The notes under the pieces are model-generated. The model was not told the DNA's origin and made no database searches. It saw nothing but the letters and a program-made list of their open reading frames with translations. Of a DNA stretch of 64,000 bases, positions 51,046 to 63,394 are shown piece after piece. The stretch spans positions 2,542,001-2,606,000 of the forward strand of contig NC_087259.1 of the NCBI RefSeq assembly GCF_037042905.1. The letters run 5' to 3'. Source of the DNA: Lytechinus pictus (taxonomy: Eukaryota). The stretch's first letter is position 1, and every line of letters begins with the position of its first letter. Made by a program: the position numbers and the translations under genes.

Positions 51046-52630
51046 TGGAAAGATGTCTTATTCCGACAGTTACTATGGTAAGAGTCAGAGGCCAGTGCTT
51101 CTTCTTAGCCAAACAAAAACCAAGCATGTGTCGACACTGACAATAATTAGTCAGTGCTGACAACTTTCCGAACACCCCAGAACTTGGGGGGGGGGGGGAG
51201 GACCTCATTGTCATGTCTTTCTCAATGAAAAAGTAGGGGTATTTGACAACACAACTGCCCTCTCTTTTTATATTGCTCCTTTTTTTCTTTTTCTCGTTTG
51301 CCCCTTTCTCAACTTTTCATTTTTTTATGTGGCACTGGCAGTTGCTTNNNNNNNNNNNNNNNNNNNNNNNNNNNNNNNNNNNNNNNNNNNNNNNNNNNNN
51401 NNNNNNNNNNNNNNNNNNNNNNNNNNNNNNNNNNNNNNNNNNNNNNNNNNNNNNNNNNNNNNNNNNNNNNNNNNNNNNNNNNNNNNNNNNNNNNNNNNNN
51501 NNNNNNNNNNNNNNNNNNNNNNNNNNNNNNNNNNNNNNNNNNNNNNNNNNNNNNNNNNNNNNNNNNNNNNNNNNNNNNNNNNNNNNNNNNNNNNNNNNNN
51601 NNNNNTTAGTGATGGTGATAATTCAAATGAGCGGATACTATTCATGGAGGTATATACCATAATTTTCATTAGCATTTACTGATCAGTATATATGTATTGA
51701 AACCAGTAGTTATATTTTTTTCGGAGCAACCCAAAGGAGTGTAAACGATAGAGGTCGCTATTCCTATCTAAGAGCTGTGTTGCATTGCTCTGATAAAGGT
51801 AGGGTACAGGAAAGACATTTCAATAACTTGCATTAGATTTATCTATTAAAACCTTAAAATCATTATTTTGGGTCTATCAGCCACAAAATATTCAACAAAG
51901 AAAATATACGGATATTCTGTCAAGGTCAAGCGCTTCGTTTTGGAGCTGAATGCAATAATCGATCGCCTATGTTAGATCTACAATACTGTTCAATAATCGA
52001 GCCCTTTTCCCGGACCTCAAGGCTCGCCAGATAATGTATAATAAAATATAGAAATAATATCATTTTCTTCGAAAATTAAAGGAGGGACCTGATTTTGTGT
52101 AAATACCATACAACAATCAAACCAATAAAAGAATACCCAAAGACTCCTTCATCTCTACATATTTTATTGTTGCCTAATATCCAGATCATGATTTTAATTT
52201 CCAACTCGGTTGGTTATATATCTCAATGCATTTTCAGTACATGATTACAAAGATAGTTATTCAGAATACCTATATTTTCAAGAACAATCATTTAAATCGG
52301 TCCTGCATTGAAATTCGGGTATTGAATACGGAAAAAACGAAACTTTGTTCAATTAGCTTATAAGTACTATGATTTAGAAATAACTCTCCTCTGTAATAAA
52401 TTACAACGTAGAGGAAATTTTTCCTCATACATCTTTTTCGTTATACGTCCAATAATGAAACTTTTCTATCAAACGGAATCAAAATCTTATTCATCTTGTG
52501 TGATAAGCTGAAAGAGATAATTCATTGATAATGAAATCTATTTTTATGCTATTAGACATTCTCTTGATAAAAACATGTACGGTTGCTCTAAAAATAAATA
52601 TCATAGACAAATGATCAATGCATTTTATGG

Positions 52631-53219
52631 AAAGGAAACCAAAACCCAAGAAGAGAAGCAATCTTATTGGAAAGAGTAAAATGAGAGGAACAATTAAAAA
52701 AAAAGTTTCATCAAAATCGGTTATGAAATAAGCAAGTTATGGAAGTTGGAAAACTCTTGTTGTAGTTTCTATGGGGATCCTAAAATTGGCAAACGTGCTT
52801 CAAAATGGCTGATTTTGTGGACAACTCTCCATGTGTTTTGTACACAAATTTTCAGATTTTCCTCATTATCTTTCAAATTGCATCTTGCCTCCTTTTGAGC
52901 ACAATATATATCATGGAAAAATATGATTCACACCACATATGTCAAAGTCAGGGGAAGATAATGTAAAATATGTAAAATAAAGGGGAAAATCTGAAAATTT
53001 GTGTACAAAACAAATGGAGAGTTGTCCACAAAATCAGCCATTTTGAAGCACGTTTGCCAATTTGATGATCCCCATATAGAAAGTACAACAAGACTTTTTA
53101 AACGTCCATAACTTGCTTATTTCATAACCGATTTTGATGAAACTGTTTTTGAAATTGTTTCTCTCATTTTACTCTTTCCAATAAGATTGCTTCTCTTCTT
53201 GGGTTTTGGTTTCCTTTAA
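52631..53219. mobile_element. Kolobok/T2-like MITE just downstream of the ODAD3-like stop codon
   Basis: AAAGGAAACCAAAACCCAAGAAGAGAAGC ... GCTTCTCTTCTTGGGTTTTGGTTTCCT-TTAA, with inverted arms of about 230 bp. Confidence 0.88.
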
Positions 53220-53300
53220 TTCATTTGGCAGCTGTATCAGATGGAGACTTCTTCTCCCATAAGACGTCGACATGATTACTTCTTATGTTTTTAGCTTTAT

Positions 53301-53419
53301 TTAGTTTTTCTTCTTTCTTCGTTTTGATTTCTTAGCATTCATTAGATTTTGGCCTTGTCTCTTGATGTCTGCATTGGTCAGCATATCCTCATTATCTTGG
53401 CTGTCGTAACCGAACTCAT
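53301..53419 (-). CDS. ODAD3/CCDC151-family terminal exon
   Basis: cag|(D)EFGYDSQDNEDMLTNADIKRQGQNLMNAKKSKRRKKKN, stop TAA at 53303-53301. An acidic stretch followed by a basic tail, as in the CCDC151 C-terminus. Confidence 0.88.
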
Positions 53420-53824
53420 CTGAAACAAAAGAAAACAAAGTTCAACACGCTACTGATGATGGCCACTAACCCCAAACATACTGCATATTTATACACACTT
53501 AAACACCCAAAAAATGTTGCTATGAAATTATCCAGAATCTTTTTTTTTTAATTCAGTTATCTAAAAAAAATCAAATTCTTTTTTTTTTATTTGAATTTTC
53601 TCAGTCGTGAAAAATTACCAAAAAAGTTAAGTAAATTTTCGGAATACAACCGTGGAGAGTTTTGTATAAAGATTTCCCTTTAAATGCACCTCTGAAAATC
53701 AAGCACATGTCATAATTGGGCGTTTTTTTATTGGTTAAAAATCAAGTTGTGTATGATTTCAATTCTTCCTGCAATAGGTCCCTGATCAGTTTTTTTTTGT
53801 AAGAAAAAAAATGAATGTAGTTAC

Positions 53825-53903
53825 CCGAGTCATAAGCATCTGGTTCATCCATCCGTATTCGAAGATTTTCAGGCTCCAAATGATTCTCCATAAATTCCTG
53901 AAA
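53825..53903 (-). CDS. ODAD3/CCDC151-family exon
   Basis: tag|FQEFMENHLEPENLRIRMDEPDAYDS+G|gtaact. 79 nt, phase 0/1, with the NxRI motif. An in-frame alternative acceptor lies 6 nt inside. Confidence 0.82.
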
Positions 53904-54335
53904 CTATTGCGAAGACAAATTATAAAACGATAAACTAGCGATAATTAAAATGAAAATGGATGCGTTCAGGGCCGGCACCACAAGGAGACAAGGGGGCGAC
54001 CGATCCGATGATTTTTGAAGTAGTGCAGCAAAATAAAACAACACAAAAGTAGAGAAAAGGGGGATGAAAAAGAAATAAGGAGAAGTAAAAATTACGTTAA
54101 AGGCGAGTTTGGGGTCATTCAACTCTAAAAAAAACTTACTGTTCGATTTAAAAAAAAAAATGACGTAACCTTTAGGTTTGTCTCAACTTGCCCCCCCCCC
54201 CTCCCCTATCAAAACATCCTGACGCCCCTGAATGTATTCGTGTTGTTATATTGGAATTTTGAAATCATCACGGCTGCATTTAATTTCATTATTAGTTTCT
54301 GTTTCAACAAAGAAAATGGAAAATTGGTTATTTAC

Positions 54336-54473
54336 CTCTGGACTGTTTTTAACTTTCCAGAATGTTGTAGAATCTTTGACGTTGGCTTGTTGCATCATAT
54401 GAAGAAGTTTGATCTCACAGATGTTGAGTTGTTCTACTGGATCATCACTTAACATGGTCATATTACGAAGAGA
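54336..54473 (-). CDS. ODAD3/CCDC151-family exon
   Basis: cag|SLRNMTMLSDDPVEQLNICEIKLLHMMQQANVKDSTTFWKVKNSPE|gtaaat. 138 nt, phase 0/0. Confidence 0.82.
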
Positions 54474-55170
54474 CTGGTAAGAGAATGTCAATTCAATTTA
54501 ATTTAATTTCAGTTTATTAGTCTGCATAGAAATACTTTCTCCGCTTGCTTTTACATAAAAAATCAACATAGAAATGCCACAGTTAGACATGACTATTACA
54601 TTATAATAAATGCAAAAAAAGAGGAGGGGTGATAAAAGATTACTTTATTATTATTCACAGTTTACGTATAATATTGTGTGTCATGTGGAAACTCAATAAA
54701 TCAAATCTAATCAAATGAAAACAAATAAATTCGATTGTATTAAAGCCCCTCCGAAGTTTTGGTATATAGATCTTCCAAAAGTGTCGGTAATTATAATTAT
54801 TTCTGTGTAAGTTCTAAATCTGGTGTGGACGATATTATTATAAACGTGTATAGTGGAATTTGCGATTTACAATTCATAGCGTACTAAGATAAGTGAAAGG
54901 GTTTATTGAAGAGAAATGAAACGGTACTTAAGAGATAAATGATAAATATCATTAGAGGTACAATAACTGTTCGTATTAAACGAATCGATAGATAACAAAT
55001 TAAACAAACGGTCAATACAACTTTGCAAGAATATTAGACAATACTCCGATATAATACACATTGATGATGACTTTAAATGTATAGAATAAACTTTCAAAGT
55101 TCGAGAATGTAGTTAGAACTGATCTCACCACACGACCACATCACAATGAACATCATCCTAACCTCCTTAC

Positions 55171-55333
55171 CCCTCTAACTTTGATGTCTTTGAGAGTATC
55201 CACAAGGTGCTTGATGCCGCTCTTGAGGTTGGAAAGTAACTTGTAAGCATTCTCAAGGTTCCTCTTAGCAGTGTCTCTTCGTACCGTCTCTTTCTCAAGA
55301 TGATCTTGCATCTGCTCCAACAGTTGCTCCCCT
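55171..55333 (-). CDS. ODAD3/CCDC151-family exon
   Basis: cag|(Q)GEQLLEQMQDHLEKETVRRDTAKRNLENAYKLLSNLKSGIKHLVDTLKDIKVRG|gtaagg. 163 nt, phase 2/0. Confidence 0.9.
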
Positions 55334-55432
55334 CTGAAAAAACACACACAAAATTACTAAGATGGTACCAAACAGCATACAAACCATTTTTTTTCAAACC
55401 CGAAAGGAAGTGTAGCGCCTATTCGGCGTGGT

Positions 55433-55577
55433 GGGTGCATGTTTCATAAAGCTGTTCGTAAGTTAAGAGCAACTTTAAGAACGACTGGAGAACCTTTCTT
55501 TTGGTAAATGGTATCACTGGCAATGCTTTAGCGCGTAAGTTGCTCTTAACTTACGAACAGCTTTATGTAACGGCCCC
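55433..55577. mobile_element. Short PIF/Harbinger-like MITE
   Basis: Inverted arms CATAAAGCTGTTCGTAAGTTAAGAGCAACTT / AAGTTGCTCTTAACTTACGAACAGCTTTATG, ending in CGGCCCC. Confidence 0.7.
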
Positions 55578-55674
55578 TGGATCAGTAACTCTCCCCCATA
55601 GAATTAAATACCCCGAACACTCCCCATATTGCATACAAAACAAACAGTATTGATCAAGAAGAATCGGAACTCAC

Positions 55675-55835
55675 TGAGACATTTTACTTTCGCCGCTGTA
55701 TTTGAGGGCCTCATACTGCTCTAAGAGTTGTCTGTTCTGTTCCTCAAGCCATTTCCGTTGCTTTTCACCGCTTTGCTTTTGTTGTTCCAGGTGCTCAAAG
55801 GTGTTGTTCTGACTTAGAAAACGGGCCTCAATCTC
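55675..55835 (-). CDS. ODAD3/CCDC151-family exon
   Basis: cag|EIEARFLSQNNTFEHLEQQKQSGEKQRKWLEEQNRQLLEQYEALKYSGESKMS+CA|gtgagt. 161 nt, phase 0/2. RFLxQxxTF and LKYSGE motifs as in CCDC151. Confidence 0.92.
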
Positions 55836-56626
55836 CTGAAAATGATAGGGATNNNNNNNNNNNNNNNNNNNNNNNNNNNNNNNNNNNNNNNNNNNNNNNN
55901 NNNNNNNNNNNNNNNNNNNNNNNNNNNNNNNNNNNNNNNNNNNNNNNNNNNNNNNNNNNNNNNNNNNNNNNNNNNNNNNNNNNNNNNGATGGAATGATGA
56001 TGATAATGGTGACGACGATGATGATGATGACGATGATGTTGATGATGATGATAATGATGATTGTACTGATGATCATAGTGATGACAGCACAAAGTTGGTC
56101 TGAATAAAATTAGAATCAATATTACCAAGATTGTTCGCCACCCAAGCAATGATATAAATTCCGTTGCTTTAGGTATTTTGGGTATTTTTTTTGCTTCACA
56201 ATGATTAAATGTTGTTTATTATAGAATTCATATTTTAGGGTACTTCTCGCATGTGACGTATCATATTAAAATATTAGTGTATATAGTGCAACACAGTAAC
56301 CACGGTGAGAAAATGACAACTAGGTAGGATGTAGTACAGCACAAAACCCACCGCGGACACGCCTGAATAGTTTATAGTAGGCCTACAAGATTATCTTTAA
56401 ATCTAATTTTGATATGAATGTACCGTCAGCGACTGTGGAGGAGCAACGTAACAGTCACACCAAGAATACCCACTCCAAACCGATCAATGATTTGCCTCCA
56501 TTCGAGATAGTGTAATAGATAGGATCGGTTTGGAGTCGGTTTCGTTGGTGTGACTGTTAGGCACATTGAACGATGCCAAAGGGGGACTAGAGTGACTGTC
56601 AAGCTGGGTGTGACAGCGCCCCTTAC

Positions 56627-56733
56627 GTTTATGTCGGAGACACCCGTCGCATCCTTTATCCTCTGGAAAGCTTCCTCGTACGTCGTCACCTTAACCCAAT
56701 TATCTTCATCCATTTGTGACTGGCGCTTGGTAT
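56627..56733 (-). CDS. ODAD3/CCDC151-family exon
   Basis: cag|(D)TKRQSQMDEDNWVKVTTYEEAFQRIKDATGVSDIN|gtaagg. 107 nt, phase 1/0. Carries the conserved FxxIKDATG motif. Confidence 0.92.
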
Positions 56734-57146
56734 CTGAGGTAATGATGGAAGGAAAATGAATGGCCTTTCGTAGTATTTTCTACGAAATACATGTATAGAC
56801 CAGTTCGTAGTTACTTCATGAACAATTTTGGTCAAATGACCTTTCATTTCTTCCATTGTAATAGGCAGATTTAAAAGCAAGATATTACGTAAGCATGCCT
56901 TACATAGCAGGATGAAGAAATGAACAGAATAGCACACCAATGAACACCATTTGTTGCATTTCTTCTTTGAATGCATATTATGGTATGCTGTACATTGTAC
57001 TGGCAAACTGTGAAATACCAGTCGTTCGTGGACGCATTGTTGTTTTTTGTGGATGTAAATGAAAAACACAATTAAAAAGAATATATGAATAATCAAGACA
57101 TCAAAGTTGGTGCTTATCTCGTCAAATTTCAAGCCACCATATCACT

Positions 57147-57693
57147 TATTTATTTATTTATTTCTTTTATTGATATATTCATATTCCACAATCATCAAAG
57201 TACATTTATAATAAATCATTTTAACACTGAAAAAATGCATAACACACAGGATTGAAACGTAGCAATGAAATGAAAAAAGTGGAGGGGCCTACTAAAAAGC
57301 AAAGCTTGTAAAATGTAGACCCCCTATCAAAATTTTATACAAGGGTAATATGATATAAGTAGAGTAAAATAATCAGCAAAATTCTATAAAATTATATATA
57401 AACACTGTAACACAAATGTATTTACACTATATACAAAATTAAATATTGACTTTAAAATAATCAATACTACCGTGGGTAAGTATGAGGTTCACAAAATATT
57501 TGATTGAATCAATAAGAATTCAGAATAAATATTTTGATGAGTAATTTAAATCGGTTTAGATTAGCTGCCTCTTTTATTATTCTGTCCAGAGAATTCCAGA
57601 GTTTTGGTCCTGTGAAAAATACAGTTTTGCTAGAAAATACTGTTCTACTTTTGGGTAAGTGATAGTCATTTGAATGTCTCGTATTATATGAAT
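57147..57693 (-). mobile_element. 3' end of a CR1/L2-group LINE (ORF2 C-terminus, 3'UTR and (AAAT)n tail), continuing at about 60720-60760
   Basis: The minus strand reads SYNTRHSNDYHLPKSRTVFSSKTVFFTGPKLWNSLDRIIKEAANLNRFKLLIKIFILNSY*, the typical HxYNTR...GPKLWNSL...FK end. A stem-loop with ACAAGCTTTGCTTT lies at about 57283-57325, with the tail at about 57147-57163. Confidence 0.85.
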
Positions 57694-60600
57694 TAGTCCA
57701 GGATAGAAGGGGTCGAACCTTGTTTTTTTATATATACAATGTTTTTTTATGGTTTCTTGTCAATTCGAGGGTGCTGATTCCGAATCTGAATGATGCCACT
57801 CGTGTAACCTTGAGCATTTTCTGCAAATTGGCAAAATCCAATATGGCCGCCAAAATATTCAAATTACCCATGAAAATCATAAAATTGTCCACACATTGGT
57901 TTTAAAGTACATGCAATTGTGCTGCCGGAGTGAAATAATATCTGAAAAAATGATTTTTGTCAAAATATTTATATTCTTGATATCAAAATGGCCGCCATCA
58001 TAGACCCCTGTACAATATGAATGGGGAAAATTAATTTTTACAAAATTGAGCACTGAAATGCAAGTAATTATGATCTATGAGTGAAGCAATGTCTGTAAAC
58101 ATGATTGCTAACGATATATATCATTTGTTATGTCAGTTATGTGATAAATCCTGTATTTTGATATTCAAAATGGCCTTCAAAAGCCCTAACACTATTATGT
58201 ACAATGTGAATGGTGACACAAGAAAATCACAAGAGTGAGCACTAAAATGCATTTTGTTGAGATAAACGAGTGGAATACTGACTAAAAACATTATTGTTAA
58301 CGAAATTTATTATTTAACATGCCATGTATGTGATAAACCCTGTATTTTGATATTTAATATGACCGCCAAAGGCCCTAAAATTATGATCTACGATGTGAGA
58401 GAGGACAAAAACAATCACAAGGTGAGCACTAAAACGGAATCTTTTGTGGTAAATTAGTGGAATACTGTCTTCAAATATAATTTGCAACGAAATATATTAT
58501 TCGGGTTTCATATTTGTGTTAAATATTGTATTTTGACTTTCAAAATGGCCGCCAAAAGACATTGACTGTATTATGTAGAATCGATATGGGAAACCAATTT
58601 TCACATGAGTCAGCACCATAACATGCATATAATTGTGATTTAAGAGTAAAATATTGTCTGAAAACATAATTCCTAACAAGATATACCATTCATTCTGCCA
58701 GGTAGGTGATAAATAGTGTATTTTGAAAGATAAACTGGCCGCTACAGGCCCTAACGGTAGGCCTATTATGTACTTTGTGAATGGGAACATATAATTTTAA
58801 CCGAATTTGGCTTTGCTTGACTAAATGGTGTTCCATGTATGAGTGAAATATCGTCTGAAAATATGATTTTGTAACAAATAGATTATTTCTTATGTTATTT
58901 AGGTGATAAATGCTATATTTAAATTTCAAAATGGCTGCAATATGTTTCTTTGTGGAAATTATCTTTCCCCATTCAAATTTTACATATTAAGATAAGGGAC
59001 TATGGCGGCCATTTTTCATTTTTAAAAGGCTGCATTCATCACCTTTATGACACAAGCTATGATATATTTCGTTAGAAATCATTGGGTTTAGACAATACTT
59101 AACACTTACATCAAAATTAAGCCATTTTCATATTAAAAATTTTGTCAAAATTATCTGTCCCCAGTTACAATGTACATATGGGCTATGACAGCAATTTTGA
59201 ATTTCAAAGTAAGGCCTTTATTACCTTCTCAACCATTATGTGATGTATTTAGTCAGAAATCATGTTCAAGACCAAATTTTACCTATACATCACATAGTTA
59301 CGTGCGTTTTTGGTTCTCATTCTGGTGATGATTAGTTTCCCTATACGCATATTACAGAATTTGTAGGGGCTTGTGCGGCCGTTTTGAAAGTCAAAATACA
59401 GTATTTATCACCTATGGGAGAGGAAATGTTATATTTCATTAAAAAAATCACGTTTTCAAACAATATTTTCCTTATACAACATAATTATATGGATTTCATA
59501 GTCAGGCAAATCCTAATTCTTTCAAAAGTATTTGTCCCCATTTACATTGTAGATAATACTTTAAGGGCCCATAGGGGCCATTTTGAATTTTACAATACAG
59601 CATTTATCTCATGCATGAAAAATGAAATGATATGTTTCGCCAGAAATCATGTGTTTAGACAATATTTCACTCGTATAGATTACAATTACATTCATTTTAT
59701 TGTTTTTACTCTTAAGAAAATTAGTTTCTCCATTCGCTTTGTTCATAATACAGATAGGGCCTATGGCAGCCATTTTGAATGTCAACATGCAGCATAATTA
59801 CCGAAATTGCAAGGGAAATGATATGTTTCGTTAGAAATTCTTGTTGTCAGACAGTGTTACACCAATATTTCGCAGTTATTGGCATTATAAAGTCAAACAA
59901 ATTCAAAGGTTGTGAAAATTATTTGTCCCCTTTTATATATTGTACACAGTATAAGGGGTCTATGACAGCCATTTTGAATATCATAATACAGCATTTATCA
60001 CATCAGATAGTATACAAATGACATAGTTTTGTTAATAGTCATGTTTTCAGACAGTAGTCCACTCGCAGGTCACAATCACATGCAGTATTAGTGCTCTTGT
60101 TTGAAAAAATATTTTCCCCATTCATATTCTACATAATAAAGTATACAGGGGTTATGGCGGCCATTTTGAATATCAATAAAATAAATATTTTGTCAAATAT
60201 CGCTTTTCCAATTGGTATTTCACTTCTGCACAACAACTACATGCATTTTATAGCTAATGTGTTGGCAATTTTATGATTTTCATGGGTAATTTGCATATTT
60301 TGGCGGCCATATGAGATATGATGACTTGTTTATTGTATCTATTTTGAACTTCAACAAGAACGATATGATTAGTATATTATATATATATATTGTTTTTTGC
60401 ATTAAGTCTTATTTATTAAAGGAAACCTTCAATAACAAGCTTTGCTTTCCAGAAGGTTCCTATTTCATTTCAAAATGTTATATTATATTTTGCTTTACTT
60501 TGTAACTTTGTTGAAATTTTGAAATGAATAAATTCGTTGTCAATCAATCAATCAATCATATTGGATTTTGCCAATTTGCAGAAAATGCTCAAGGTTACAA

Positions 60601-60719
60601 GAGTGGCATCATTCAGATTCGGAATCAGCACCCTCGAATTGACAAGAAACCATAAAAAAACATTGTATATCTAAAAAAACAAGGTTCGACCCCTTGTCTA
60701 TGGGGCCTATCCTGGACTA
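57694..60719. mobile_element. Non-autonomous DNA transposon, Academ-like (3026 bp)
   Basis: TIRs longer than 200 bp beginning TAGTCCAGGATAG and ending CTATCCTGGACTA. 3-bp target duplication AAT (57691-57693 and 60720-60722). The interior consists of subrepeats of about 190 bp with no transposase ORF. TAG..CTA ends with a 3-bp TSD fit the Academ superfamily. Confidence 0.85.
60313..60561 (+). mobile_element. 5'-truncated retroposon 3' tail inserted in the right TIR of the Academ-like element
   Basis: Absent from the left TIR. Flanked by CATAT repeats (60308-60312 and 60557-60561). Contains the ACAAGCTTTGCTTT stem-loop, AATAAA and a (CAAT)n tail. Confidence 0.8.
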
Positions 60720-61298
60720 AATGTAAAGTATTGTACTTTAGTACAAATGATCTTTCTCTGATCATGCGTAGAGTGGAACTACGAACTGGCTTAATGGGGG
60801 AGAGGAGACTGCTGTTTAAAATGAAATGCCTTGCCCAGTTGGCAAGTAAAACCACATTGCAGAGCAAATAATAGTAATGGAGGGTTAGGTGGGGTCGGTT
60901 TCCTAATGACGGGGGCGAAATATACATGGGAAAAATTATATAAAATGATGAATAGGACTCTCATTTTCTATATAGGCATACTACGATATTCGCTTAGATG
61001 TACTTTCGCATTGTTGATCATGAATAAAAAGCAGTCAAACAAATTTGAGAAAGATATGAACAAAATAAAAACGAAAAATAGATGGATCCCCCTAAAATAA
61101 AATAAAAAGAAAGAAGGAAAAGAATGAAAATAGAAATAAAAAGGACAAAAAACGAGGAAAGGAATAAAATAAAGAAAGAAGAAAATAGATTCAGAAAGAA
61201 ACAAGGAAACTAAATAGGGGACAATGGAACAGGAAGAAAGAAAAGAAATAGATATAGACCCAGAAAGAAAGAAGAAGAGAAGGAAATATGAGGACTAC

Positions 61299-61458
61299 CT
61301 TGCGTTGCATCATCCGTCTGCAAGGTCGCTCTCGCTCGTCTTTCTATCTTCTCTGCCATCTCTTTCTGTCTCTCTGCTTGTTTCTTCATCCGGGTCAGAG
61401 TACGATCACGTGATCGCTTTGCTTCTATCATCTTCTGCTCCAGTTGGGTTAACTCTGA
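61299..61458 (-). CDS. ODAD3/CCDC151-family exon
   Basis: cag|SELTQLEQKMIEAKRSRDRTLTRMKKQAERQKEMAEKIERRARATLQTDDATQ+G|gtagt. 160 nt, phase 0/1. Confidence 0.88.
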
Positions 61459-61808
61459 CTGGAGGAGGAAAAGAACGAGAAAAGGAACAGAGGGAAAAAA
61501 TCCTGGCGTTTAAAAGAGCGTGTTCTTTCCAATGCATTAAATATCAAAATTGATTTTGAGTTTGCAATGGTTTTTATACAGTTACAGAAGTATGTAGCTC
61601 AAGAGTATGAATATACGAAACACAAAGGAAATACAAAATATTTACTTATGAAGTTGAGGTTATTTTAAATGTTTAAAATAATTAGTTGTTAGTCATGTTA
61701 TTAAAAGTAAATTAGCATTAATGCTATATTTGGGTGATATGAACAAGAATGCATCCCCCACTATCGTACAATAAAGAAAGAAAGAAAGAAAAAAAAGTGT
61801 ACTAATAC

Positions 61809-61931
61809 CTTTGCCAAGTCCTTTTTAACATGAGCATCTTTGTTGATGTCTTTCAACTCAACAAGCTCTTTTCGCTGCTCTTCTAGAGTTCTCTCCAAAC
61901 AACGCAGTTTCTTAGGGAGGGTAAGGCGTTC
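61809..61931 (-). CDS. ODAD3/CCDC151-family exon
   Basis: tag|ERLTLPKKLRCLERTLEEQRKELVELKDINKDAHVKKDLAK|gtatt. 123 nt, phase 0/0. Confidence 0.88.
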
Positions 61932-62196
61932 CTATAAAATGGTGAGTGAAAGCAGAGAATATGACAGAAATATTGCAGGATTTCTTATTCATTATTTTAA
62001 TTTCTTAGGCCATTAGATACAGATTAAATAGAATGCGACGTTCATGTAAAAAAAAAAGAAAAACAAACAAACAAAAACGATAGTAGATGAATAGGCCGTC
62101 TTATTTCTGCAAACCTAACCTTTAAAAACAATTTTCCGCAACAAAAAATCCCGGAGTTATTATGGGACGTATATGCGAACAAGACAATTGAATTCC

Positions 62197-62317
62197 GGGA
62201 GCATTTCTTGTACAAATCAGCAACAGTTTCGCTCTAAGCCAATCAAATTAAGAATTTCTATAGATTATAACATACAGTATAAAAATTGCAGATTTGTTGT
62301 TTCATGAAAAGCTCCCC
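62197..62317. mobile_element. Short PIF/Harbinger-like MITE
   Basis: GGGAGCATTTCTTG ... TTTCATGAAAAGCTCCCC with an internal GCCAATCA. Confidence 0.6.
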
Positions 62318-62427
62318 TGGTTTCCAAATATGGCAAGCAAATATCATGGACATAATGGACGAATAAAATAAAAAACAAAACAAAGTTTTGCAGTGAGTGG
62401 ATTAAAAAAAAATCAAGTCGGACATAC

Positions 62428-62532
62428 CTCCTCTAAACATTGAAGAATTTCAATATAATTTCGTTGTATCTTCGTGGCCATATCGTGCTTGATTTTTGCC
62501 TTGTCAAGGTTGTTTTCAATCATACGGATTGT
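62428..62532 (-). CDS. ODAD3/CCDC151-family exon
   Basis: cag|TIRMIENNLDKAKIKHDMATKIQRNYIEILQCLEE|gtatgt. 105 nt, phase 0/0. Carries the conserved RxxENxLxKAxxK motif of the ODA docking complex family. Confidence 0.9.
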
Positions 62533-63223
62533 CTGAAAAAAGAACGTTTGAATGAAATAGTCTATAAACAAATTCATTTTTAAGTAAAACGTTGGATATT
62601 AATCCCTATGAACCTTGTCTTGGATCCAATATGCTTTTGATATAGCGCATTTTCCTTTACAAAGCACTGCAAAAACACACACAACTCCATTGTTGGGCCA
62701 CTGAAACAATAATTTTTAAAACCTCACAATGATCAGCTTGGTCCAATGTCCTCTTCGTAAAATAGATAAGATCTTGAAAGCATTTTGTTATTCTTATATA
62801 TATATTTCTATCACTAATTATCTTCATCGCATGTTTTTCCCCTCTTTCTTTTTCTTATTTTAGTTATTATTCTCCGTTCACCTTTTCGTCCCTTTTTTCT
62901 TCTTCTTCATCTCCTCATTTTAACTTTTTCTTGAACCTTTATTAAGTTTTCCTAAACACCTCCCCTTTCTATTTATCAGGCTTGTTCTTAAAAAAGTTGC
63001 AGAGGGAGAGAGAAAATAAAAGAGAAAGAAAAAGACAGACTGTGGGAGAGGTGAGGGGGTCATAACTTTTCAATACACATCGCGGTGTTTTATTCATTCC
63101 ACATAAAATAAAGTATGTCCCTCCCGTGCCTCCATTGTCCTGTATGATGAGTGGCAAAATTAGATTAATGACTTTCCCATCCCATCTCACCTCTGTATTT
63201 CAACCAGCCCCCCTTTAGCTCAC

Positions 63224-63394
63224 CTGTTGATCATATTTTGCAAGTTTTCCGTGCTTTTTCAGAGCAGATTTTTCTTGCGCCATAGACGCGTCCATGTCAG
63301 AAATACTTTGCATCTTTTGCAGTCGTTCATAACGAAGAAGATTCAGTTGCTTCGCTTTCTCGCACACCTTTAGATCCAGTTCATGAATTGCATT
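63224..63394 (-). CDS. ODAD3/CCDC151-family coiled-coil protein, first exon visible in the window (gene continues beyond 64000)
   Basis: cag|NAIHELDLKVCEKAKQLNLLRYERLQKMQSISDMDASMAQEKSALKKHGKLAKYDQQ|gtgag. 171 nt, phase 0/0. Resembles the CCDC151 LDxxxxEKxKQxNxLR segment. Confidence 0.85.

Noticed and set aside
57838-60312. CRISPR-like regularly spaced repeats
   Set aside because: The context is eukaryotic, the units are about 190 bp with homologous spacers, they are enclosed by TIRs, and no cas genes are present.
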